This document shows positions 16,838 to 26,290 of a DNA stretch of 64,000 nucleotides, in pieces. A program made the position numbers and the translations under genes. The first letter of the stretch is position 1; every line of letters begins with the position of its first letter. The stretch is from IMG/VR virus record IMGVR_UViG_3300047160_005605, positions 8,229 through 72,228 of that record. One strand, 5' to 3'. Under the pieces are notes generated by a model. The model worked only from the letters and a program-made list of their open reading frames with translations, was not told the DNA's origin and made no database searches. Origin of the DNA: a virus. Lineage: Duplodnaviria > Caudoviricetes.

Positions 16838-18033
16838 TGAAAGGTTTCTTCCAACCTTCGCAGTTAATCTCTAAGCCCCCTGCCTCCTTGGTTCCGAAGT
16901 GTGGTGCGTGTGGGCTGTTTAAGACGTGCCATTCTCCCAAGATGGAACCGAGCGGCAGGGGGATTAAGAAGATCCTAGTGGTCGGGGAAGCGCCGGGTGC
17001 CACCGAAGATGAAGAGGGGTTGCAATTCGTCGGTGAAGCGGGAGAGACATTAGATAAATACTTCCGCAAATGCGGCATAGACATGCGCAAGGATTGCCTG
17101 ATAACCAATGCCCTCATCTGTCGTCCGCCAGCGAACAAAACACCAACCGACAAGCAGATCGACTACTGCCGGCCCAACCTCCTAAAGACCATGAAGCAAT
17201 ATGATCCGAACATCATCATCTTGCTTGGAGGCGTTGCCACTGAGAGCTTCATAGGTTATTACTGGAAGCAGCATAGCGGGGGGATAGGCCGATGGGCTGG
17301 CTTTATCATACCTTCGTATCATCCTAACGCTTGGGTCTGCCCAACCTATCATCCGTCTTACCTGAACCGCATCAACAACCCCGTGGCAGACTTGCTCTTT
17401 GAGCGACACCTAAGGGCGGCGCTCGCGTGCAAGGGCAAGCCGTGGGATACGATCCCGATGGCGGAAGTCAATCGCATCTATGACGATAGCGAAGCCGCAG
17501 CCGCTATACGCTCATTCTGCAAAGGCCGCTACGCTGCATTTGACTATGAGACGAATATGTTAAAGGCAGACAGCGAGCAAGCGCGCATAGTCTGCGCGTC
17601 TATATCAGATGGTAAGCGCACGATAGCATTCCCATTCGATGGCAAAGTCATCCCAGCAATGAGTGAGTTTGTCATCTCCGATTGCTTGAAGATAGCCGCT
17701 AATCTAAAGTTCGAGACCAGATGGAGTATCGCCAAGCTTGGAATCAGCCCAAGAAATTGGTGGCACGATACGATGTTAGCGGCGCATTGGCTAGACTGCC
17801 GACCAGACATAACCGGATTGAAATTCCAAGCGTATACTCGCCTGGGGGTACTATCCTATGACGATCATATCCGCCCCTTTCTGAGAGAGAGTGAAGGCAA
17901 CAAAGTCAATCGCATTAAGGATATAGCGATGAAAGACTTACTCCTCTACTGCGGAACCGATAGTCTTCTTGAGTACAGGTTGGCATTCAAGCAGAGGGAA
18001 CAACTTGAAACCAGCGACGATGGAAGCGTATAA
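16834..18033 (+). CDS. DNA polymerase N-terminal subunit: family-4 uracil-DNA glycosylase-like domain + 3'-5' exonuclease
   Basis: CGACGL, VGEAPG.EDEEG..FVG.AG, CRP, YHPSY (UDG4); FDYET, NLKFE, DTML, YCGTD (ExoI-III). Confidence 0.9.
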   Translation: MMKGFFQPSQLISKPPASLVPKCGACGLFKTCHSPKMEPSGRGIKKILVVGEAPGATEDEEGLQFVGEAGETLDKYFRKCGIDMRKDCLITNALICRPPANKTPTDKQIDYCRPNLLKTMKQYDPNIIILLGGVATESFIGYYWKQHSGGIGRWAGFIIPSYHPNAWVCPTYHPSYLNRINNPVADLLFERHLRAALACKGKPWDTIPMAEVNRIYDDSEAAAAIRSFCKGRYAAFDYETNMLKADSEQARIVCASISDGKRTIAFPFDGKVIPAMSEFVISDCLKIAANLKFETRWSIAKLGISPRNWWHDTMLAAHWLDCRPDITGLKFQAYTRLGVLSYDDHIRPFLRESEGNKVNRIKDIAMKDLLLYCGTDSLLEYRLAFKQREQLETSDDGSV

Positions 18034-19393
18034 GCTGCTGCACGATGGGTCGATAGCGCTCGCCAGAGTGGAAGCCAATGGCATGCGCATCGACATGCGA
18101 CACCTAGAGAACACAGCAAGGCGAGCGACGTTCCGTGCCAAGTTCCTCACTGAGCTATTAGAGAAGGACCCTATCTATGGTAAGTGGCGTGCGCGCTTTG
18201 GTCGCAGTGCGAGCCTCACCAAGCGCCAGCAATTCGCCTATGTGCTGTTTGATATCCTCAAGTATGAGTGCCGAGCGAGAACAGCACCGACGGCAGCGTA
18301 TCCTTTGGGCCAACCCAAGACCGATAAGAAAAGCCTAGCCCACATAGACTCGGAGTTCGTGCAAGACTACTTTCGCCTGATGAAATACCTTAGGATTAAG
18401 AGCACCTTCTTAGAGGGGATAAAGAGAGAAGTGGTCAATGGCTTCTTGCATCCCATCCAGAATCTTAACATAGCGCGCACTTACAGGGGATCGAGCGATC
18501 ACCCCAACGGACAAAACTTCCCCGTGCGCGATCCTGAAATGGGCAAGATGATCCGTCAGTGCATCATCCCGCGCAATAAGAACTACGTCGGCGTGGAGTT
18601 TGACTTCAAAGGTATAGAGGTCGCGGTCGCTGCTTGCTACTGCAAGGATCCCAATCTCATATCCTATGTGAGCGATCCGTCAAAGGATATGCACCGAGAT
18701 ATGGCGGCGCAATGCTATATGTTGCCGCCAGACAAGGTGAGCAAGTACCTAAGATACTGTGCCAAAAATCAATTCGTCTTTCCGCAATTCTATGGCGACT
18801 TCTATCCTCACTGCGCCAGAGCGCTTTGGGAATCTCTAGACCGCGAGCCAGAAGTCAAGGGTTATCTTGCGAGCAAAGGCATCCGCAAGCTTGGCAAATG
18901 TGATCCTCAAATAGACCCCGTGAAGGGAACCTTTGAATATCATATCAAAGAGGTAGAAGCAGACTTTTGGGGTCGCAGGTTTGAGAAGTACGCTCAGTGG
19001 AAGAAGCGACAGTGGGAGCAATACCAAGAAGAAGGTGGGTTTAACTTCTTCACGGGCTTTGCCGAGACGGGCATATTCTCGCGCAATGACGTTACCAATC
19101 ATCGGATTCAAGGTAGCGCTTTTCATATCCTCTTGTGGACTCTGATACAGACCGACAAGTGGCTGCGGCAACGGAGAATGCGCAGCAAGATCATCAACCA
19201 GATCCATGACAGTATGATGATGGACGTGCATAGGAGCGAGTACCAAGAAGTGCTTGCCAAAGTGATCCGCATAGCTACTATCGAAGTGCGCGAGCATTGG
19301 CCTTGGATTATCGTGCCTCTAACCATTGAGGTCGAGAAGTACAAGACCAATTGGCATAACAAGAGACCCGTTAAACTGGAGGCTGTAGCATGA
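18005..19393 (+). CDS. polA: family A DNA polymerase catalytic subunit
   Basis: TTG start after GAGGGA; RGSSDHPNGQN, motif A EFDFKGIE, motif B RYCAKNQFVFPQFYG, IQGSA, motif C QIHDS. Confidence 0.92.
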   Translation: MKPATMEAYKLLHDGSIALARVEANGMRIDMRHLENTARRATFRAKFLTELLEKDPIYGKWRARFGRSASLTKRQQFAYVLFDILKYECRARTAPTAAYPLGQPKTDKKSLAHIDSEFVQDYFRLMKYLRIKSTFLEGIKREVVNGFLHPIQNLNIARTYRGSSDHPNGQNFPVRDPEMGKMIRQCIIPRNKNYVGVEFDFKGIEVAVAACYCKDPNLISYVSDPSKDMHRDMAAQCYMLPPDKVSKYLRYCAKNQFVFPQFYGDFYPHCARALWESLDREPEVKGYLASKGIRKLGKCDPQIDPVKGTFEYHIKEVEADFWGRRFEKYAQWKKRQWEQYQEEGGFNFFTGFAETGIFSRNDVTNHRIQGSAFHILLWTLIQTDKWLRQRRMRSKIINQIHDSMMMDVHRSEYQEVLAKVIRIATIEVREHWPWIIVPLTIEVEKYKTNWHNKRPVKLEAVA

Positions 19394-19758
19394 GAATTGC
19401 ATCCGCACTTCTGCTTATCGTGGTGGTTGGCCAAGTTAAGGCTGGGCAAGACGCGCTAGATGAAGTGAATGCCGCGAGAGCGAGACGTGGCCTGCTTCCT
19501 TACGTCCGTGATGCCGGGTTGACAGCAGGAGCAATCTGCGTGGCAGACTTCCGGGCACAGCGCTTAATCTCCGGCCATACCGGGAATGACTTTAGAGGAC
19601 TGCCTCCAGGCGTCAATGCCAGAGTGTCAGGTTGCGCCGCCTGGGAGCCGCACATGGGATGGGGAGCCTGCTGCACGTTTGAGCGCTGGCATTACGCTGG
19701 CGCTGCATGGTCAATGGGTCGGGATGGGCGAAGATACATGCAGCTATTCTGCCGGTGA
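19390..19758 (+). CDS. secreted short CAP/SCP-domain protein
   Basis: Signal peptide, then ALDEVNAARARRGL.P...D..L, GH, and GAAW...DGRRYMQLF. Confidence 0.7.
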   Translation: MRIASALLLIVVVGQVKAGQDALDEVNAARARRGLLPYVRDAGLTAGAICVADFRAQRLISGHTGNDFRGLPPGVNARVSGCAAWEPHMGWGACCTFERWHYAGAAWSMGRDGRRYMQLFCR

Positions 19759-19761
19759 AAT

Positions 19762-20109
19762 ATGTGGCTGTGCAACAAATGTAACAAGGTCAACAATCAG
19801 AAAGGACATCCGGGCATCTGCTCTGTCTGCAAATGCCCAGAACATCGGCACGTAGAAAGGAGTTACGTATCCGCACAACGGAGATTGACAGAGCGCGAAG
19901 AGAAACCGAAAATCAAACGTAAAGGATTTATGGATGAGCGAACTTTATCGGAAGTATCGGCCAAAAGAGTTCGGTGGCGTCCTCGGACAGGACACAGCGG
20001 TGAGGATTGTTACGTCGGCGTTGAAACAGAGGAGGGTCCCGCATTCGATTTTGTTCACTGGTCCTCCTGGTACGGGGAAGACCACTATGGCCCGTATTTT
20101 GACAGCTAA
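19762..20109 (+). CDS. small zinc-ribbon protein (3' end uncertain, overlaps dnaX)
   Basis: CNKC...CSVC at the N-terminus; 176-nt overlap with the next gene lowers confidence. Confidence 0.4.
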   Translation: MWLCNKCNKVNNQKGHPGICSVCKCPEHRHVERSYVSAQRRLTEREEKPKIKRKGFMDERTLSEVSAKRVRWRPRTGHSGEDCYVGVETEEGPAFDFVHWSSWYGEDHYGPYFDS

Positions 20110-20851
20110 GCTGGAATGCTCTAGCCATGACTATTACGAGAAAAACTCGGCGGACTTTCGCGGCATCGACACGGTTAGAGATATGCGCAAGCTGCTCTAT
20201 CTGTCTCGCCGCGGAGGCAAGAATCGTGTCTTTGTACTCGATGAAGTGCACAAGATGACCAACGACGCGCAGACGGCGCTGCTCAAGATGCTAGAAGATA
20301 CGCCGCCACACGTCTATTTCATGCTTTGCACTACCGAACCAACCAAAGTCATAAGTGCCATACACTCGCGCTGCACGGAGATAAAGCTTAGTCCCGTAGC
20401 CGACAGCGTGCTCGGGAAGTTAGTGCGCACTATCGCTGCCAAAGTAGGCTGCAAGCACACCGACAAAGTATATGATCGCATAGTCGAAGTCGCCGAAGGT
20501 TCAGCGCGCAAGGCATTAGTGCTTCTGCAAGCCACCCTAGACTTTGAGGATGAAGAGGAATGCCTCAACTCGATACGCTCTACCCAAGCGAAGCAAGATG
20601 CCATTGAAATAGCCAGAGCGCTTATCCGTGGCGCATATTGGAAGGACCTGGCGAAGATCCTCAAAGAGGTTGATGAGGAGCCAGAGACGATTCGCCATCT
20701 AGTGCTTGCCTATGCCACCACTGTGCTGCTCAATGGAGGGGGAGCAGCGCCTAGGGCATTCTTCGTTGTCAACGCATTCCGAGACAACTTCTTTGACAGT
20801 AAGAAAGCTGGCTTAGTGGCAGCTTGTTGGGAGGTATGTGGTCGTAAATGA
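19934..20851 (+). CDS. dnaX: clamp loader, DNA polymerase III gamma/tau-like AAA+ ATPase
   Basis: LYRKYRP..F..VLGQ, GPPGTGKTT, VLDEVH, ALLKMLED, SRC motifs. Confidence 0.93.
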   Translation: MSELYRKYRPKEFGGVLGQDTAVRIVTSALKQRRVPHSILFTGPPGTGKTTMARILTAKLECSSHDYYEKNSADFRGIDTVRDMRKLLYLSRRGGKNRVFVLDEVHKMTNDAQTALLKMLEDTPPHVYFMLCTTEPTKVISAIHSRCTEIKLSPVADSVLGKLVRTIAAKVGCKHTDKVYDRIVEVAEGSARKALVLLQATLDFEDEEECLNSIRSTQAKQDAIEIARALIRGAYWKDLAKILKEVDEEPETIRHLVLAYATTVLLNGGGAAPRAFFVVNAFRDNFFDSKKAGLVAACWEVCGRK

Positions 20852-20872
20852 GCGCATGCCACAATAATAATA

Positions 20873-21061
20873 GTGAGGGATGCTATGTTGCGCTTCGATC
20901 AATGGCTTTTGATTGTGGTGGTGGTTCTGTTCATGTATTTCTTGGCTAGGATCCTGTTCTTTATAAGTAGGGCAAAGGAGACCGATCGTGAAGAAGAAAA
21001 AGAATCAGAACAGCCAGACGGGTTTGGAAGGTATTTTCAATCTGAAGAGGACAACTCTTGA
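20873..21061 (+). CDS. small membrane protein
   Basis: One hydrophobic helix (WLLIVVVVLFMYFLARILFF) and a charged tail. Confidence 0.5.
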   Translation: MRDAMLRFDQWLLIVVVVLFMYFLARILFFISRAKETDREEEKESEQPDGFGRYFQSEEDNS

Positions 21062-21479
21062 CGAAGAGTGGATCCGTCAACCGGCGCTCTTTCACAAGCA
21101 CGCCATGAAGCTCGTGGATGCTCGGGAAGAGCTAGAGCGCGCCAAAGCCGACCTGCTGCTTATCGAAGCAGAGATGGATCAGAACATCCGTCTCAAGCCG
21201 GATAACTTCGGCATCGACAAGGTGACCGAAGGCGCGATCAAGAATGCCATTCTCGTTCAACCTGAGTACCGAGATGGAGCCGAGCGCATCATCAAGGCCA
21301 AGCGCCGCGTCGGTGAAGAGGAAGCCATGTGCGACGCGCTCGACCATCGCAAGAGAGCGTTAGAGAATCTCGTTATGTTGGAAGCCAGAGATTACTTCGC
21401 AGTCCCTAGAGTTAAGGAGGATGCCGCGCGTGAGCATGTCCACAAGATGGAGCAGGGATCCGCCCGCACTGCCTTATGA
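20988..21479 (+). CDS. UvsY-like recombination mediator
   Basis: Helical protein with LDEEW..QP.LF, KVTEGAIKNAI and RKRALENLV patterns; upstream of SSB and RecA. Confidence 0.6.
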   Translation: MKKKKNQNSQTGLEGIFNLKRTTLDEEWIRQPALFHKHAMKLVDAREELERAKADLLLIEAEMDQNIRLKPDNFGIDKVTEGAIKNAILVQPEYRDGAERIIKAKRRVGEEEAMCDALDHRKRALENLVMLEARDYFAVPRVKEDAAREHVHKMEQGSARTAL

Positions 21480-21491
21480 GAGGAGGCCACA

Positions 21492-21683
21492 ATGAGAGAG
21501 TGGGTTGCTGCCTTTGGCATCACCATTGCGCTGTTACCCATTGTTGTCTACTTCTGTGTGAAATTGGGTACCTACGCATTTTTACGTGCAAGGTATTTGT
21601 TCGAGCAAAATCATCCCAAAAGGAGAGAGACCCATGACGGTACGTTCTCGGAAGAAACAGGAAGAGAGGAAAGTGTCGGCTGA
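21492..21683 (+). CDS. small membrane protein
   Basis: AGGAGG RBS; single TM helix. Confidence 0.55.
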   Translation: MREWVAAFGITIALLPIVVYFCVKLGTYAFLRARYLFEQNHPKRRETHDGTFSEETGREESVG

Positions 21684-22980
21684 GCGGCGCTTGAAGGAGC
21701 ATCGCAGCGGCTTTAGTGCCACGTCGCTCAAGATTCCCGATGGCACCAACATCCTTTCGGTGAAGAAAGAGGGCAACATTAGCATGGATGTTATCCCCTA
21801 CACAGTGGGCAAAGGCAACCCCTACGCCGACGAAGGCGAGTTATACTACGAGCGCACTTACTGGTGCCATCGCGGCGTTGGTCCGAACAAGGACAGCTAC
21901 ATCTGCATGGCAAAGACCTTCGGGAAAAAGTGCTTCATCTGCGATTACCGCAGCAAGCTGGCCGCCGACCCCGAGTCCGACGAAAAGCTGGTGCGTTCGC
22001 TCGCTCCCAGCGAGCGCCAGCTTTGGAACGTGCGCCTGACCAAAGAGCCTGAGAAGATTTACCTTTTCGATTACTCGTGGTGGCTCTTCGGCAAACATCT
22101 CGACAACAAGATCAATAACGCTGAGGACAAGGACAAGGATCGCTACAAGCTGTTCGCCGATCCCGAGGTCGGGCGCACGCTCAAGATCGGCATCACCAAA
22201 GACGAAGGCGGCGGCATGACCTCCTACACCATGTCCGATATCGAGTTGCGCAAGCGTGAGGAAGCGCTCCCCAAGGACATTCTCGAATCTGCGCTCTGCC
22301 TTGACGACCTGCTGCGCGAAGTCACTTACTCTGACCTCAAGCAAGCATTCTTGCAAGCCGAGGATGCCGACGAGCGCGACGGGGATGGCGAGGAAGAAGA
22401 GGACGAGGATGAAGAAACTTCAGAAGAGGAGGACGAGGATGAAGATGAGGAGAAGGACGAAGATGATGACGTGGAAGAGGAGGATGAAGAGACTGGAGAG
22501 GGAGGCAACGAAGAAGGCGAGGAAGAAGAAGAGGACGACGACAACCGAGACGAGCCCGAAGAATCCAAAGCCTCCGACTTCGATATCGAAGAAGGCTCAC
22601 TTGTAAAGCATCCTAAATTCGGTACGTGCGAAGTCTTTAAGGTCAGCCGCGATGGGACCTCCCTCACCCTAGAGGACAAGAAAGGCAAGATGCACACAGC
22701 GGTCGCTCCGGATGAGGTGAAGCTCGTCAAGGCCGATGAGCCGAAGAAGCCCACCTCCAAGAAGCCGTCAACTTCCACCAAAGACACTCCATTCGATGAG
22801 GAGGACGAAGATGAGAGCGGCGAAGAGGATGTGGAAGACAGCGATGGCGAAGAAGAAGAGGTGGAAGAAGAGGAAGGCGATGACGATGGAGAAGGCGAGG
22901 AAGATGAGGGAGACGAGGAAGAAGTGAAGCCCAAGCCGAAGCCCAAGTCCAACAAGAACGTCCGCAGGGGCAAGAAGTAG
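21634..22980 (+). CDS. gp32-like single-stranded DNA-binding protein with very long acidic tail and embedded Tudor/SH3-like domain
   Basis: H-R-G...C...C-x2-C zinc ligands and aromatic-rich core; two Glu/Asp tracts flank GSLVKHPKFGTCEV. Confidence 0.75.
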   Translation: MTVRSRKKQEERKVSAERRLKEHRSGFSATSLKIPDGTNILSVKKEGNISMDVIPYTVGKGNPYADEGELYYERTYWCHRGVGPNKDSYICMAKTFGKKCFICDYRSKLAADPESDEKLVRSLAPSERQLWNVRLTKEPEKIYLFDYSWWLFGKHLDNKINNAEDKDKDRYKLFADPEVGRTLKIGITKDEGGGMTSYTMSDIELRKREEALPKDILESALCLDDLLREVTYSDLKQAFLQAEDADERDGDGEEEEDEDEETSEEEDEDEDEEKDEDDDVEEEDEETGEGGNEEGEEEEEDDDNRDEPEESKASDFDIEEGSLVKHPKFGTCEVFKVSRDGTSLTLEDKKGKMHTAVAPDEVKLVKADEPKKPTSKKPSTSTKDTPFDEEDEDESGEEDVEDSDGEEEEVEEEEGDDDGEGEEDEGDEEEVKPKPKPKSNKNVRRGKK

Positions 22981-22992
22981 CCACCTTCCCTA

Positions 22993-23024
22993 GCAGAGGT
23001 CAGGGATGACCTCTGCCCTTCTTT
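22993..23024 (+). terminator. intrinsic terminator
   Basis: GCAGAGGTCA-GGGA-TGACCTCTGC 10-bp stem followed by CCTTCTTT. Confidence 0.7.
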
Positions 23025-23036
23025 CTGGAGTGACCC

Positions 23037-24083
23037 ATGACAAGCGACTTGGCTAAGGCTCTGAAGAATGACAAAGCATCGCCGAATAGCCTGCTCTCTT
23101 CTGGCTCCTCTCTTCTCAATCTATGCTGCTCGGGTAGAGTCAACGGCGCTATCCCCAAGGGCGCTTACGTGCTGTTTGCAGGTCGTACAGACAGCGGGAA
23201 AACGTGGCTAGCTCTGCAAGTGCTCGCTGAGGCCTGTGCGAGCAAGCAATTCGCCGATTATGAGATACACTTCGATAATGCCGAGAATGGCGCGCTGATG
23301 GACATCGCTCACTACTTCGGCAAGAAGCTAGACGAGCGCATGAAGATTGACCACAAGTCGGTTTACCTTGAGGAGTTTTACGACCACCTTGACGATATCA
23401 TCAAGCGTAAGGTGCCGTTTGTATATGTCTTGGACTCTATGGATGCGCTGGTCTCCAAAGCAGCCCAAAAGCAATATGACAAGGAGAAAGCTGCACGCAA
23501 GAGCGGAGACAAAGTGAGTGGAGATTATGGTACAGCGAAGGCTAAGATCAACTCAACTTCGCTGCCGCGTATCAATGCGGCATTGCAACGCTCTGGCTCA
23601 ATCCTTATAATCATCTCTCAGGCGCGAGACAACATAGGTATTGGAGCACAATTCAATCCTGATACGCGGGCTGGAGGACGCGCATTGTCTTTCTACGCTC
23701 AGATGGAGCTATGGTTCAAGCCTATCGGCGAGCTAAAGCGAACCGTGCGCAAGAAGGCTCGCCAAGTGGGCAACATCTCCCGCATAAAGGTCAAGAGGAC
23801 GCGCGTCACCGGCCGTCGCCGGCAAATTGATCTTCCCATTTACCACTCTTTTGGTGTCGATGACGTGGGTAGTTGTATTGACTTTTTGACAGAGGAGTGT
23901 CACTGGACTGAGCGTGATGGGAAGGTCGATGCTAAGGACTTCAACTTTACCGGACCGAAGGAGAAGCTGATCCAGAAGATAGAGGCAGAAGGATTAGAAA
24001 AGGAGCTTCGCACGCTGGTAGCTAGTCTCTGGAACGAGATTGAACAAGCTTGCCAGATCAAACGTAAAAGGAGGTACACGTAA
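23037..24083 (+). CDS. recA: RecA/UvsX-like recombinase
   Basis: SSGS.LLNL, AGRTDSGKT, VLDSMDAL, IISQ.R, GGRAL.FYA motifs. Confidence 0.92.
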   Translation: MTSDLAKALKNDKASPNSLLSSGSSLLNLCCSGRVNGAIPKGAYVLFAGRTDSGKTWLALQVLAEACASKQFADYEIHFDNAENGALMDIAHYFGKKLDERMKIDHKSVYLEEFYDHLDDIIKRKVPFVYVLDSMDALVSKAAQKQYDKEKAARKSGDKVSGDYGTAKAKINSTSLPRINAALQRSGSILIIISQARDNIGIGAQFNPDTRAGGRALSFYAQMELWFKPIGELKRTVRKKARQVGNISRIKVKRTRVTGRRRQIDLPIYHSFGVDDVGSCIDFLTEECHWTERDGKVDAKDFNFTGPKEKLIQKIEAEGLEKELRTLVASLWNEIEQACQIKRKRRYT

Positions 24084-24268
24084 TGTTAGTATTGACTCGG
24101 CACGAAAAGGAAAGTATCAAGATCGGCGATAACGTGATCGTGAATGTTGTCAAGATCACTAGAGGCAAGGTGACGCTAGGCATAGAAGCGCCAAAGAACA
24201 TCACCGTACTCCGCAGTGAGATTGCCCACAAGTATGAGACACCAAATTTTCCAAGCCTGGAGCAATGA
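24083..24268 (+). CDS. csrA: carbon storage regulator CsrA/RsmA homologue
   Basis: MLVLTR..ESI.IGD.V.V.V......V.LGIEAP..I.V.R.EI signature. Confidence 0.92.
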   Translation: MLVLTRHEKESIKIGDNVIVNVVKITRGKVTLGIEAPKNITVLRSEIAHKYETPNFPSLEQ

Positions 24269-25104
24269 TGCACAAGACTTGGTTGATTATAGATGGCGAC
24301 AATTGCGCTTGGCGCAACTTCTACGCGATGGGAGGATTGTCCTATGGCGGCGAGCCGACTGGAGCGATATTTGGCTTCTTCCGGGATATACTTGACCTCC
24401 AAGATACATTCTGCACACCTAACATTGCTTTCTGTTTTGATTCGGGTCCGAGCCTGCGCACGCAGCTTCTACCTGACTATAAATCATCTCGCCGAACAAG
24501 GGAGAGAATACTCCCGAGAGAGCAGAAGCGCGCTCTTAAAGGCCTGCGCTCGCAGCTTGACAAGCTGTGCTGGGAGCACTTGCCAGCCATTGGTTTCAAG
24601 AACGTCTTTTGCGAGAAAGGGTACGAAGCGGACGATTTGATCGCTTCGCTCGTCCGAGACATAGAGGATTATATCATCATTGTTAGTACCGACCATGACC
24701 TCTACCAGCTTCTCGATGATAGGGTGATTGTCTATGACCAGCGCAAGAAAAAAGCCATTTCCCGAAAATCCTTTATCGAGCATTACGGAGTGGATCCCTA
24801 TACATGGGATCTGGTCAAGGCAATCACAGGCGATACGACAGATGATATTCCGGGTATCCGGGGCATCGGCGTCAAGACGGCGTGCAAGTATGTCGCAGGT
24901 AAATTGCCCGAAAAGGATAAAAGGTTCGCTATAATCGAAAAGGATTTGAATGCGATCAAGCAGCGGACCATCCTCACTCGGATACCTTTCAGAGGAACTC
25001 CTTCCTTTCGTTTAGAGAAGGATAATGTATCATGTGAGAAGTGGCGTAAGGTACTCGGGAAACTAGGAATGGACAGTTTACTTCGGAGAGTACCTCCATC
25101 ATAA
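24265..25104 (+). CDS. 5'-3' exonuclease / flap endonuclease
   Basis: LIIDG, YK..R, YEADDLIA, STDHDL.QL, GDTTDDIPGI.GIG.KTA motifs. Confidence 0.93.
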   Translation: MMHKTWLIIDGDNCAWRNFYAMGGLSYGGEPTGAIFGFFRDILDLQDTFCTPNIAFCFDSGPSLRTQLLPDYKSSRRTRERILPREQKRALKGLRSQLDKLCWEHLPAIGFKNVFCEKGYEADDLIASLVRDIEDYIIIVSTDHDLYQLLDDRVIVYDQRKKKAISRKSFIEHYGVDPYTWDLVKAITGDTTDDIPGIRGIGVKTACKYVAGKLPEKDKRFAIIEKDLNAIKQRTILTRIPFRGTPSFRLEKDNVSCEKWRKVLGKLGMDSLLRRVPPS

Positions 25105-25116
25105 AGGAGATTGCTC

Positions 25117-26073
25117 ATGCCGCTGTCAACTGGAAAGAACCTCACTCTCATTCCTGCTGCCGGTTCTGACTGGCTGCATTTGTTCGAGGATCCGGATACT
25201 TGGCCGAATTGTCGCTCACAACTCGGCATGATTCAAATCTCTTATCAATCCCTCTGGAACCAGAAGTCGATGCCTTGGTTCGGTCCGAACGTCTGGCCGA
25301 ACATCGAAGCAGAAGGTGTGGTCGAGAAGTGTCAATCTTGGAATATCGACCTATCATTCTTCACGGGGATCTGGAAACCGCAATACTTGCAAGATCCCAA
25401 GATTGCCATTCGAGACGCCAAGCAATGCTGCGATAACCTCTTCAGCGCCGGAGCGTTCTCAGTCATCGCCGATATTGACGAAGGCTTTTACGGCGCTAAG
25501 CAATTAGGTGTCATGGATCTCGCAACGCAAGCGGGCAGGATTGCCGACTTCTACAAGTCGCTCAAGACCTTCTATGGAGACACCTTTGGTCTGGCGATTA
25601 CTGAACCGTATCCCCCGCCCGGCCTCTCTCTAGAGGAGATCATCGCCGCCCTCACACAACTCCAAGAGCTAGAAGTGTCCATAGAGTGGTTTGATATTGA
25701 TATCAATCACCGATGGATTTACCATTTCAATAACCCGCCGGCTCTGATAAGGCAACGACAATTCCACGAAGATATGCCGAAGCTAGCGGCGTGGTGCAAG
25801 GCAGCGAATATCCCGTTTGGCGTGATCTTCTGGCCGGGATGGGACAACCAGACAACCAATCAGATGTATTGCGAGAACACGCTTGGATTTGTCGATGATT
25901 GGCTCGCCCTGGGGATGGAGACGCCCTCCCGCCTAGTGAGCGAATGCTGGGTATTCAGCGACGAAGCACATACGCAGAAGCTAGTGCCGTCCAATCCGCC
26001 CGAAGATGAAACCTTTACCCATACGTGGTTGATCCGTGAAATCGCTTCCCGCTTCGGCTGGGGAGCAGTATAA
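25117..26073 (+). CDS. putative TIM-barrel glycosidase-like protein, paralogue of the tail-fibre domain at 31023-31922
   Basis: Shares G.WKPQY, IDEGFYGA, EPYP, IPFG.IFWP, TNQ.Y and WVFSD with the tail protein; enzymatic function is inference. Confidence 0.75.
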   Translation: MPLSTGKNLTLIPAAGSDWLHLFEDPDTWPNCRSQLGMIQISYQSLWNQKSMPWFGPNVWPNIEAEGVVEKCQSWNIDLSFFTGIWKPQYLQDPKIAIRDAKQCCDNLFSAGAFSVIADIDEGFYGAKQLGVMDLATQAGRIADFYKSLKTFYGDTFGLAITEPYPPPGLSLEEIIAALTQLQELEVSIEWFDIDINHRWIYHFNNPPALIRQRQFHEDMPKLAAWCKAANIPFGVIFWPGWDNQTTNQMYCENTLGFVDDWLALGMETPSRLVSECWVFSDEAHTQKLVPSNPPEDETFTHTWLIREIASRFGWGAV

Positions 26074-26083
26074 GGAGATTGCC

Positions 26084-26290
26084 GTGACAGTGAAAGACCT
26101 CAAGCAAGTACCACCGAAACCAGAAACAACCGCCAGCGCTTGGCATCCAGGTGATACATCATGTGGTATCTGCATTTACTTCGATACTGGCGGAACTTGT
26201 CGATACGATCCTCCCGATGTAACGGGGAACTGGCCTCCCGTTGGGACAGATGATTGGTGTGGTAAGTGCATCAGGAAATCAGGAGAATGA
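26084..26290 (+). CDS. small Cys-rich metal-binding protein
   Basis: AAGGAG RBS; CGIC.YF...C...PP...WP.V...DWCG.C. Confidence 0.65.
   Translation: MTVKDLKQVPPKPETTASAWHPGDTSCGICIYFDTGGTCRYDPPDVTGNWPPVGTDDWCGKCIRKSGE

Noticed and set aside
22256-22984. Poly-Ser and Arg-rich ORFs overlapping the SSB gene
   Set aside because: Shadow frames of the GAR/GAY-rich acidic tract.
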